Shown: one piece after another, positions 14,643-25,424 of the stretch | Layout of the letters: each line of letters starts with the position of its first letter | Numbering within the stretch: the first letter of the stretch is position 1 | Source of the DNA: Eledone cirrhosa | Lineage: Eukaryota | Assembly (NCBI GenBank): GCA_964016885.1 | Contig: OZ024741.1 | Location: forward strand, 183,644,001-183,708,000 | DNA: 64,000 bases | Reading direction: 5' to 3' | Made by a program: the position numbers and the translations under genes | Notes under the pieces: generated by a model | Seen by the model: only the letters and a program-made list of their open reading frames with translations | Told to the model about the DNA's origin: nothing | Database searches by the model: none

Positions 14643-17600
14643 TGGTGGTGGTGGTGGTTGTGGTGGTGGTGGTGGTGGTGGTTGTGGTGGTGGTGGTGGT
14701 GGTGGTTGTGGTGGTGGTGGTGGTGGTGGTGGTGGTTGTGGTGGTGGTGGTGGTGGTGGTTGTGTTGGTGGTTGTGTTCGTAGTAGTGTTGGTAGTTGTG
14801 GTGGTGATTGTGGTGGTGGTTGTGTTGGTGGTTGTGGTGGTGGTTGTGGTGGTGGTTGTGGTGATGGTTGAGTTGGTGGTTGTGTTGGTGGTTGTGGTGG
14901 TGGTTGTGGTGGTGGTTGTTGTGTTGATGGTTGTGTTGGTGGTAGTGTTGGTGGTAGTGTTGGTGGTTGTGGTGGTAGTGGTGGTTGTGGTGGTGGTTGT
15001 GGTGGTCGTTGTGGTGATGGTTGTGACTGTGGTTGTGGTGGTGGTTGTGGTGGTGGTTGTGCTGATGGTTGTGTTGGTGGTAGTTATGGTGGTTTTGTTG
15101 GTGGTTGTGGTGGATATTGTGGTGGTGGTTGTGGTGGTGATCGTGGTGGTGGTTGTGGTGGTGGTTGTGGTGGTGGTGGTTGTGGTGGTGGTTGTGGTGA
15201 TGGTTGTGGTGGTGGTTGTGGTGGTGGTTCTGGCGGTGGTTGGGTTGGTGGTAGTGTTGGTGGTTGTGTTGGTGGTTGTTTTGGTGGTTGTGTTGGAGGT
15301 TGTGTTGGTGGTTGTGTTGTTGGTTGTGTTGAGGGTTGTGGCGGTTGTTGTGGCGGTGTCTGTGTTGGTGGTTGTGTTGGTGGTTGTGTTGGCTGTTGTG
15401 TTGGTGGTTGTGGTGATAGTTGTGCTGATGGTTGTGGTGGTGGTTGTGTTGCTGGTTGTGTTCGTGGTGGTGGTAGTGGTTGTGGTTGTGGTGGTGGTTG
15501 TGATGGTGGTTGTGTTGTTGGTTGTGGCGATGGTTGTGGCGGTGGTTATGGTGATGGTTGTGGCGGTGGTTGTGGCGGTGGTTTTGGTGATGGTTGTGGC
15601 GGTGGTTGTGGTGGTGTTTGTGGCGTGGTTGTGGCGGTGGCTGTGTTGGTGGTTGTGTTGGTGTTTGTGTTGGTGGTTGTGTTGGTGGTTGTGTTGGTGG
15701 CTGTGTTGGCTGTTGTGTTGGTGGTGTTGGTTGTGCTGGTGGTTGTGTTGGTTGTTGTGGTGGAGTTTGTGCTGGTGGTTGTGTTGTTGGTTATGGTGAT
15801 GGTTGTGGTGGTTGTTGTGGTGATGGTTGTGGTGGTGGTTGTGGTAGTAGTTGTGGTGGTGGTTGTGGTGGTGATTGTGGTGATTGTTGTGGTGGTGGTT
15901 GTGTTGGTGGTTGTGTTGGTGGTTGTGGTAGTGGTTGTGGTTGTGGTGGTGGTTGTGTTGGTGGTTGTGTTGTTGGTTGTCGCGATGATTGTGGCGGTTG
16001 TTATGGTGATGGTTGTGGCGGTGGTTGTGTTGGTGGTTGTTTTGGTGGTTCTGTTGAGGGATGTGTTGGTGGTTGTGTTGGTGGTTGTGGTGATGGTTGT
16101 GGCGGTGGTTGTGTTGGTGGTTGTGTTGGCTATTGTGTTGGTGATTGTGGTGATGGTTGTGCTGGTGGTTGTGTTGGTGGTTGTGTTGGTAGTTGTGGTG
16201 GTTGATGTGTTGGTGGTTATGGTGATGGTTGTGGTGGTTGTTGTGGTGATGGTTGTGGTGGTGATTGTGGTAGTGGTTGTGGTTTTGGTGGTGGTTGTAG
16301 TGGTGATTGTGGTGATGGATGTGGTGGTGGTGGTGGTGGAGGTCGTGGTGGTGGTGAGTGTGGTGGTGGTGGCGGTGAGTGTGGTGGTAGTTGTGGTGGT
16401 AGTGGTGGTCGTGGTGGTGCTTGTGGTAGTGGTAATTGTGTTGGTTGTGTTGGTGGTTGTGGTGGTGGTAGTTGTGGTGGTGGTAGTTGTGGTTGTGGTG
16501 GTTGTTGTGTTGGTGGTGGTTCTGGTGATGGTTGTGGTGGTGGTTGTGGTAGTTGTGGTGGTTGTGGTGGTGATTGTGTTGATGGTTGTGTTGGTGGTTG
16601 TGTTGGTGGTAGCTGTTGGTGGTGTATTGGTGATTGTGTTGGTGGCTGTGTTGGTGGTAGTTGTGTTGGTGTTGGTGTTGGAGGTTACGTTGGTGTTTGT
16701 GTTGGTAGTTGTGGTGGTTGTTGTGTTGATGGTTGTATTGGTGGTTGTGGTGGTGGTTGTGTTGGTGGTTGTGGTGCTGGTTGTGATGATTGTATGTGTT
16801 GTTGTGGCGATGGTTGTGGTGATGGTTGTGGTGGTGGTTGTGGTGGTGGTTGTGGTAATGGTTGTGGTGGTTGTGGTGGTGGTTGTGGTGGTGGTTGTGT
16901 TCGTGGTAGTGTTGGTTGTTGTGTTCGTGGTTGTGTTGGTGGTGTTGGTGGTGTTGGTGGTTGTGGTGGTTATTGTGGTGGTGTTTGTGGTGATGGTTGA
17001 GTTGCTGGTCGTGTTGGTGGTTGTGGTGGTGGTTGTGGTGGTGGTTGTATTGGTGGTAGTCTTGGTGGTTTTGTTGGTGGTAGTGTTGGTGATAGTGTTG
17101 GTGGTTGTGATTGTGGTTGTGGTGATGGTTGTGGATGTGGTAGTGGTTGTGGTGGTGGTAGTAGTGGTATTTGTGGTGGTGTTTGTGGTGGTGGATGTGG
17201 TGGTTATTGCGCTGATGGTTGTGGTGGTGGTTGTGTCAGTGGTAGTGTTCGTGGTTGTGGTGGTGGTTGTGCTGATGGTTGTGTTGGTGGTGGCTGTGTT
17301 GGTGGGTGTGTTGGTGGGTGTGGTGGTGGATGTGGCCGTGGTTGTGTTGGTGGTTGTGGTGGGTGTGTTGGTGGTTGTGGTGGTGGTTCTGGTGGTGTTT
17401 GTTGTGATGGTTGTGTTGGTGGTTGTGTTGGTGGTTGTTTTGGTGGCTATGTTGGCTATTGTGTTGGTGGTTATGGTGATGGTTGTGCTGGTTGTTTTGT
17501 TGATGGTTGTGGTGGTGGTTGTGGTAGTGGTTGTGGTTGTGGTGGTGGTTGTGGTGATGGTTGTGGTGGTGTAGGTCGTGGTGGTGGTGGTGAGTGTGGT

Positions 17601-20600
17601 GGTGGTGGTAACTGTGGTGATGGTGGTGGTGGTAGTGGTAGTGAGTGTGGTGGAGGTCGTGGTAGTGGTGGTTATGGTGGTGGTAGTTGTGGTGAGTGTG
17701 GCGGTGAGTGTGGTGGTAGTAGTGGTGGTGATGGTGGTGGAGATTGTGGTGGTGGTCGTGGTGGTAGTGGTGGTTGTGGCGGTTGTGTTGGTGGTAGCTG
17801 TTGGTGGTTGTAATGGTGATTGTGTTGGTGGTAGTTGCGTTGGTGTTTGAGTTGGTGTTTGAGTTGGTGGTTGCGTTGGTGTTTGTGTTGGTAGTTGTGG
17901 TGGTTGTTGTGGTTGTGTAGGTGGTTGTGGCGGTGGTTTTGATGGTTGTGTTGGTGGTTGTGGCCATGGTTGTGTTGATGGTTGTGGTGGTGGTTGTGGT
18001 GGGGTTTGTGGTAATGGTTGTGGTGGTGGTGCTGGTTGTGGTGGTGGTTGTTTTGATGGTTGTGTTGGTGGTTGTGTTGGTGGTTGTGGCCATGGTTGTG
18101 GTTGATGGTTGTGGTGGTGGTTGTGGTGGGGGTTGTGGTAATGGTTGTGGTGGTGGTGCTGGTTGTGGTGGTGGTTGTTTTGATGGTTGTGTTGGTGGTT
18201 GTCGTGGTGGTTGTGGTAATGGTTGTGGTGGTGGTTGTGTTCGTGGTAGTGTTGGTGGTTGTGTTGGTGGTAGTGTTGCTGTTAGTGTTGGTTGTTGTGT
18301 TGGTGGCTGTGGTGGTGGTTGTGGTTGTTTTTGTGTTGGTGGTAGTGTTGCTGGTAGTGTTGGTGGTTGTGGTTGTGGTTGGGGTGGTGGTTGTGGTGGT
18401 GGTTGTATTGGTGGTAGTCTTGGTGGTTGTGTTGGTGGTAGTGTTGGTGATAGTGTTGGTGGTTGTGATTGTGGTTGTGGTGATGGTTGTGGTTGTGGTA
18501 GTGGTTGTGGTGGTGGTAGTAGTGGTATTTGTGGTGGTGTTTGTGGTGGTGGATGTGGTGGTTATTGCGCTGATGGTTGTGCTGGTGGTTGTGGTAGTGG
18601 TTGTGGTTGTGGTGGTGGTTGTGGTGATGGTTGTGGTGGTGGTGGTGTAGGTCTTGGTGGTGGTGGTGAGTGTGGTGGTGGTGGTAACTGTGGTGATGGT
18701 GGTGGTGATAGTGGTAGTGAGTGTGGTGGAGGTCGTGGTAGTGGTGGTTATGGTGGTGGTAGTTGTGGTGAGTGTGGCGGTGTGTGTGGTGGTAGTAGTG
18801 GTGGTGATGGTGGTGGAGATTGCGGTGGTGGTTGTGGTGGTAGTGGTGGTTGTGGCGGTTGTGTTGGTGGTTGTGATGGTGGTTGTTGTGGTGGCTGTGT
18901 TGGTGGTAGCTGTTGGTGGTTGTAATGGTGATTGTGTTGGTGGTAGTTGCGTTGGTGTTTGAGTTGGTGTTTGAGTTGGTGGTTGCGTTGGTGTTTGTGT
19001 TGGTAGTTGTGGTGGTTGTTGTGGTTGTGTTGGTGGTTGTGGCGGTGGTGTTGATGGTTGTGTTGGTGGTTGTGGCCATGGTTGTGTTGATGGTTGTGGT
19101 GGTGGTTGTGGTGGGGTTTGTGGTAATGGTTGTGGTGGTGGTGCTGGTTGTGGTGGTGGTTGTTTTGATGGTTGTGTTGGTGGTTGGGTTGGTGGTTGTG
19201 GCCATGGTTGTGGTTGATGGTTGTGGTGGTGGTTGTGGTGGGGGTTGTGGTAATGGTTGTGGTGGTGGTGCTGGTTGTGGTGGTGGTTGGTTTGATGGTT
19301 GTGTTGGTGGTTGTCGTGGTGGTTGTGGTAATGGTTGTGGTGGTGGTTGTATTCGTGGTGGTGTTGGTGGTTGTGTTGGTGGTAGTGTTGCTGTTAGTGT
19401 TGGTTGTTGTGTTGGTGGCTGTGGTGGTGGTTGTGGTTGTTTTTGTGTTGGTTGTAGTGTTGCTGGTAGTGTTGGTGGTTGTGGTTGTGGTTGGGGTGGT
19501 GGTTGTGGTGGTGGTTGTATTGGTGGTAGTCTTGGTGGTTGTGTTGGTGGTAGTGTTGGTGTTAGTGTTGGCGGTTGTGTTGGTGGTTGTGGTGGTAGTT
19601 GTGGTGGGTTTGTGGTTTTGGTTGTGGTGGTGGTTGTGGTGGTAGTTGTGTTGATGGTTGTGTTGGTGATTGTTGTGGTGGTTGTGTTGATGGTTGTGGT
19701 GATGGTTGTGTTGGTGGTTGTGGTGGTGGTTGTGGTAATTGTTGTGTTGGTGGTAGTCTTGGTGTTAGTGTTGGCGGTTGTGTTGGTGGTTGTGGTGGTG
19801 GTTGTGGTGGGTTTGTGGTTTTGGTTGTGGTGGTGGTTGTGGTGGTGGTTGTGTTGATGGTTGTGTTGGTGGTTGTGGTGGTGGTTGTGTTGATGGTTGT
19901 GTTCGTGGTTGTGTTCGTGGTAGTGTTGGTGGTTGTGTTCGTGGTTGTGTTGGTGGTAGTGTTGGTGGTTGTGTTGGTGGTTGTGTTGGTGGTGTTGGTG
20001 GTGTTGGTGGTTGTGGTGGTTATTGCGTTGGTGTTTGTGGTGATGGTTGAGTTGGTGGTTGTGTTGGTGGTTGTGGTGGTGGTTGTATTGGTGGTAATCT
20101 TGGTGGTTTTGTTGGTGGTAGTGTTGCTGGTAGTGTTGGTGGTTGTGGTTGTGGTTGTGGTTGTGGTTCTGGTTGTGGTTGTGGTAGTGGTTGTGCTGGT
20201 GGTTGTGGTGATGGTTATGGTGGCGGTGAAGGTCGTGGTGGTGGTGGTGAGTGTGGTGGTGGTGGTAAGTGTGGTGATGGTGGTGGTTGTAGTGGTGGTG
20301 AGTGTGGTGGTGGTTCTGGTGGAGGTCGTGGTGGTGGTGTTAGTGGTGGTGAGTGCGGTGGTGGGTGTGGTGGAGGTCATGGTGGTTGTAGTAGTGGTGG
20401 TGATGGTGGTGTAGATTGCCGTGGTGGTTGTGGTGGTAGTGGTGGTTGTGGTGGTGCTGGTGGTAGTGGTAATTGTGGTGGTTGTGTTGCTGGTTGTGAT
20501 GGTGGTAGTTGTGGTGGTGGTTGTGGTAGTTGTGGTGGTTGTGTTGTTGATTGTGTTGGTGGCTGTGTTGGTGGTAGTTGTGTTCTGTGTTTGAGTTGGT

Positions 20601-23600
20601 GGTTGCGTTGGTGTTTGTGTTGGTAGTTGTGGTGGTTATTGTGATGGTGGTTGTGGCGGTGGTTTTGATGGTTGTGTTGGTGGTTGTGGCCATGGTTGTG
20701 TTGATGGTTGTGGTGGTGGTTGTGGTGGTGGTTGTGGTAATGGTTGTGGTGGTGGTGCTTGTTGTGGTGGTGGTTGTTTTGATGGTTGTGTTGGTGGTTG
20801 TAGTGGTGGTTGTTGTAATGGTTGTGGTGGTGGTTGTGTTCGTGATAGTGTTGGTGGTTGAGTTGGTGGTAGTGTTGCTGTTAGTGGTGGTTGTTGTGTT
20901 GGTGGCTGTTGTTGTGGTGGGTGTTGTGGTTTTGGTTGTGGTGGTGTTTGTAATGGTGGTTGTGTTGATGGTTGTGTTGGTGGTTGAGGTGGTGGTTGTG
21001 TTGATGGTTGTGTTGGTGGTTGTGGTTGTGGTTGTGTTCGTGTTAGTGTCGGTGGTTGTATTGGTGGTTGTGTTCGTGGTAGTGTTGGTGGTTGTGTTGG
21101 TAGTTGTGGTGGTGGTTGTGGTGCTTGTTGTGTTTGTGGTGGTGGTGGTGATTGTGGTGGTGGTTGTACTGTTGGTTGAGTTGGTGGTTGCGTTGGTGGT
21201 TGTGGTGCTGTTTGTGATGGTGGTTGTGGTGGTGGTTGTGGTGGTTGTTGTGTTGGTGGTAGTGTTGCTGGTAGTGTTGGTGGTTGTTGTTGTGTTGGTA
21301 GTTGTGGTGGTACTCGTGGTGGTTGTTGTGTTGGAGGTTGTGGTGGTGGTTGTAGTGATGGTTGTGTTGGCGGTTGTGTTGGTGGTTGTGTTGGTGGTTG
21401 TGGTGGTGGTTGTGGTAGTAATGTTTGTGGCGGTGGTTATTGTGGTGGTTGTGTTGGAGGTTGTATTGTCGGTTGTGGCAATGGTTGTGGTAGGGGTTGT
21501 GGTGATGGTTTTGCTGATGGTTGTGGCGGTGGTTGTGGTTGTGCTTGTGGCGGTGGTTGTGGCTGTGGCTGTATTGGTGGTTGTGTTGGTGTTTGTGTTG
21601 GTGGTTGTGTTGGTGGTTGTGTTGGTGGCTGTGTTGGCTGTTGTGTTGGTGGTGGTAATTGTGCTGGTGGTTGTGTTGGTAGTTGTGGTGGTGGTTGTGG
21701 TGCTTGTTGTGTTTGTGGTGGTGGTGGTGATTGTGGTGGTGGTTGTACTGTTGGTTGAGTTGGTGGTTGCGTTGGTGGTTGTGGTGCTGTTTGTGATGGT
21801 GGTTGTGGTGGTGGTTGTGGTGGTTGTTGTGTTGGTGGTAGTGTTGCTGGTAGTGTTGGTGGTTGTTGTTGTGTTGGTAGTTGTGGTGGTACTCGTGGTG
21901 GTTGTTGTGTTGGTGGTTGTGGTGGTGGTTGTAGTGATGGTTGTGTTGGCGGTTGTGTTGGTGGTTGTGTTGGTGGTTGTGGTGGTGGTTGTGGTAGTAA
22001 TGTTTGTGGCGGTGGTTATTGTGGTGGTTGTGTTGGAGGTTGTATTGTCGGTTGTGGCAATGGTTGTGGTAGGGGTTGTGGTGATGGTTTTGCTGATGGT
22101 TGTGGCGGTGGTTGTGGTTGTGCTTGTGGCGGTGGTTGTGGCTGTGGCTGTATTGGTGGTTGTGTTGGTGTTTGTGTTGGTGGTTGTGTTGGTGGTTGTG
22201 TTGGTGGCTGTGTTGGCTGTTGTGTTGGTGGTGGTAATTGTGCTGGTGGTTGTGTTGGTGGTTGTGGTGGTGGTTGTGGTGATGGTTGTGGTGGTTGTTG
22301 TGGTGATGGTTGTGGTGGTGGTTGTGGTAGTGGTTCTGCTGGTGGTTGTGGTGGTGATTGTGGTGATGGTTGTGGCGGTGGTTGTGTTGGTGGCTGTGTT
22401 GGTGGTTGTGGTAGTGGTTGTGGTTGTGGCGGTGGTTGTGATGGTGGTTGTGTTGTTGGTTGTGGCGATGGTTGTGGCGGTGGTTATGGTGATGGTTGTG
22501 GCGGTGGTTGTGGCGGTGGTTTTGGTGATGGTTGTGGCGGTGATTGTGGTGGTGTTTGTGGCGTGGTTGTGGCGGTGGCTGTGTTGGTGGTTGTGTTGGT
22601 GGCTGTGTTGGTGGTTGTGGTAGTGGTTGTGGTTGTGGCGGTGGTTGTGTTAGTGGTTGTTTTGTTGGTTGTGGCGATGGTTGTGGCGGTGGTTATGGGG
22701 ATGGTTGTGGCGGTGGTTGTGTTGGTGATTGTGTTGGTGGTTTTGGTGGGGGTTGTGTTGGTGGTTGTGGTGATGGTTGTGGCGGTGGTTGTGATTGTCT
22801 TTGTGTTGGTCGTTGTGGTGGTGGTTCTGGTGGTGGTTGTGGTGATGGTTGTGTTAGTGATTGTGTTGGTGGCTGTGTTGGTGATTGTGGTGGTGGTTGT
22901 GTTGGTGATTGTGTTGATTGTTGTGTTGGTGGTTGTGGTGGTGGTTCTGGTGGTGGTGGTTGTGGCGGTGGTTGTGATTGTCGTTGTGTTGGTCGTTGTG
23001 GTGGTGGTTCTGGTGGTAGTTGTGGTGCTGGTTGTGTCGGTGGTTGTGGCGGTGGTTGTGGCGGTGGTTGTGTTGGTGGTTGTGGTGGTGGTTCTGGTGG
23101 TGGTTGTAGTGATGGTTGTGTTTGTGGTTGTTTTGTTGGTTGTGCTGGTGGTTGTGGTGATGGTTGTGCTGGTGGTTGTGTTGGTGGTTGTGGTGGTTGT
23201 TGTGGTGGTGGTGGTTGTGGTGATGCTTGTGGTAGTGGTTGTGGTCGTGGTGGTGGTTGTGGTACTGATTCTGGTGATGGTTCTGTTGGTGGTTGTGGTG
23301 GTGGTTGTGGTGGTGGTAGTTGTGGTGGTGCTTGTGGTAGCGGCTGTGGTTGTGATGGTGCTTGTGGTGGTGTTTGTGGTGGTGGTTGTGGTGTTGGTTG
23401 TGTCAGTGGTTGTGGTGATGATTGTGTTGGTTTTTGAGGTGGTAGTTATGTTGATTGTGGTTGTGGCAGTAGTTGTTGTGATCGTAGTTGTGGTGGTTGC
23501 ATAGGTGGTCGTCTTTGTGTTGATGGTGGTTGTGAAACTTGTAGGAGGTAGTGGTTTTGTTGGTAGACGTTGTGGCTGCTGTGGTAGTGGACGTAGGTTT

Positions 23601-23755
23601 AGGGGTATTGGTGCTGGTAGTGTTGCTAGTGGTAATGCTTAGATAGTTGGAGTAATTGTAGACATTGTAGTGGTTCTGGTGTTGTTATTGTGGCGATGGT
23701 TCTTGTAGTGGTTGTTATTGTTGTTGTTGCTGTTGTTGTTGTGTTGGGTGGGGTA
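14643..23755. repeat. ~9-kb degenerate GGT/TGT/GTT array (12-bp core GGTGGTTGTGKT) with internal segmental duplications
   Basis: T at almost every third base; 579-bp tandem duplication (anchor at 21121 vs 21700); 17.8-18.45 kb recurs at 18.9-19.55 kb; 15.5-15.65 kb recurs at 22.4-22.6 kb; many triplet-phase shifts. Confidence 0.93.
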
Positions 23756-23906
23756 ATGATGGAGAGACGTTCTGTCAGATTGTATTAATGTCAAATGATT
23801 TAGAATGAACGAGATAGAGATAGAGAGAGATAGAGAGTGAGTGTGTGAGAGAGTGAGAGATAGTGAGAGAGTGAGTGAGTGAGAGAGAGAGAGAGAGAAA
23901 GAGAGA

Positions 23907-23950
<44 letters not shown>

Positions 23951-24081
23951 TAGGATGACAAAGAAAAGCGAAAAGGAAAGAGAGGAGGAAATAAAGAGAA
24001 ACATACGGAATAAAGCGCAAGAGATTAATAAAATGGATGGAGGGGCGAAGGAATGGGGTAGAGAGGGTGTGTGGGTGTGTG

Positions 24082-24150
<69 letters not shown>

Positions 24151-24199
24151 CCGAGAAGAAAACGTAACAAACTATTTTCATTTTATATTTGTTGGTCCT

Positions 24200-24420
24200 T
24201 GTTGTTGTTGTTTAGCCCAAGGTCAGTTCTGACCGAGCAAACCTATTATCAAAGGCATTCCATCCGTGATCATCTTTTTTTCAGACATAATGCATCTAGA
24301 ACTACATTCTCTAATACGTCTTGTTTTTTGTTTTTAAAGACGGTAGTGTATGATTTGGGGAAGATTTGGCTGTTATTTCTAGCAGGCTGAATGATTACGT
24401 AGAGGTTCACTTGTTGATGT
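24200..24420 (-). mobile_element. Probable 3' fragment of an interspersed retroelement with (CAA)n tail
   Basis: TTGTTGTTGTTTAGCCCAAGGTCAG..GACCGAGC..ACCTAT..TCAAAGGCATTCCA resembles a common cephalopod repeat end (recalled, not searched). Confidence 0.4.
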
Positions 24421-24464
24421 ACGTTGGTTAGCGCCTCTATGGCGATGAGACGAGTTATAATAAT

Positions 24465-24654
24465 TGTTTCTATTTTAGGCACAAGGCCAGCAAATACCAG
24501 TGCATTACTTGTACTTTATTTTATCGACCCCGTAATGATGAAAGGCAAAGTAAACCTCGGCGGGATTTGAACTCAGATCATAAAGGGGCGTAACTCTATG
24601 CTTCAAAGTATGGTGTCCGACTCTCTACCGATACTGCCAATCCACCGCCAATCC
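24465..24654 (-). mobile_element. CORE-type SINE (family A) inserted at the tail of Tx1 copy A
   Basis: Family motif; 17-bp TSD AGACGAGTTATAATAAT at 24448-24464 and 24655-24671. Confidence 0.92.
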
Positions 24655-24671
24655 AGACGAGTTATAATAAT

Positions 24672-25199
24672 GCTTTCTTTATTAGCCACAGAGGGCTAAT
24701 AAAGATTAGAAAATAAACATTGAAAAAAAAAAAACACAACAGAAGAGGAGACTCCAAAGGTAACTCGTGGCGAAAGCCCACAAAGCCACGGTCACCCTGA
24801 CCCCAAGGGCAAGAACCCTCACCCAGTTGTGCTCTTTCAATACTACAGACACGCATTCAATGCTGGCCCATTCACACGGGCCATTCTTGCCTCTCTCACC
24901 CACCTTTCAACAAACTGGCTGGAAAGCAGCACTTCCCTCTCTACCCTAATTTTATTTTTCAGGTGAAACCTGTAAAAGTTAATGAGAGCGTCGCCGAAGA
25001 GGAAAATGCCAGTCTTCAACCCTTTCAGATGCGTCCACCATACGCCCTCTTTCACCATGGCAACCTAGCAGATAAAAATTGCCTGCCTTTTCAGGTTAAA
25101 GGAGGGCGGCGTGGCAATCTATGATGGACTCAGCTGATAGCCGGATCTGTCCTACTCGCGACAGAAGATATTCGACATAAACCCACAAGTCAGCGAAAC
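24672..25199 (-). mobile_element. Tx1/L1-clade LINE copy A, 5'-truncated (ORF2 C-terminus + 3'UTR)
   Basis: KEGVWWTHLKGLKT..LINFYRFHLKNKIRVEREVL is homologous to copies B-D; 3' end CTGTGGCTAATAAAGAAAGC-(ATT)n. Confidence 0.9.
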
Positions 25200-25222
25200 G
25201 CAGACACTAGAAAAGTAATAAT

Positions 25223-25410
25223 TGTTTCTACAATTTGGCACAAGGCCAGCTATTACCCAGTGTATTACTGGTAGTTTATTTTATCGACCCTGTAAGGATG
25301 AAAGGCAAAGTTAACCTCGGTGGAATTTGAACTCAGACCATAAAGGGACGTAACTGTGCTGCAAAGCATGGCGTCCGACCCTCTACCGATACTGCCAATC
25401 CACCACCCTT
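25223..25410 (-). mobile_element. CORE-type SINE (family A) inserted at the tail of Tx1 copy B
   Basis: Family motif; TSD AAGTAATAAT at 25213-25222 and 25415-25424. Confidence 0.9.
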
Positions 25411-25424
25411 AAACAAGTAATAAT

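Noticed and set aside
14602-23504. Gly/Cys-rich keratin-associated-like or poly-Val proteins on plus; Thr/His-rich mucin-like ORFs on minus
   Set aside because: Overlapping frames are all open because of composition; frameshifts are copied between duplicated blocks; no signal peptide, unique domain or clear exon boundary
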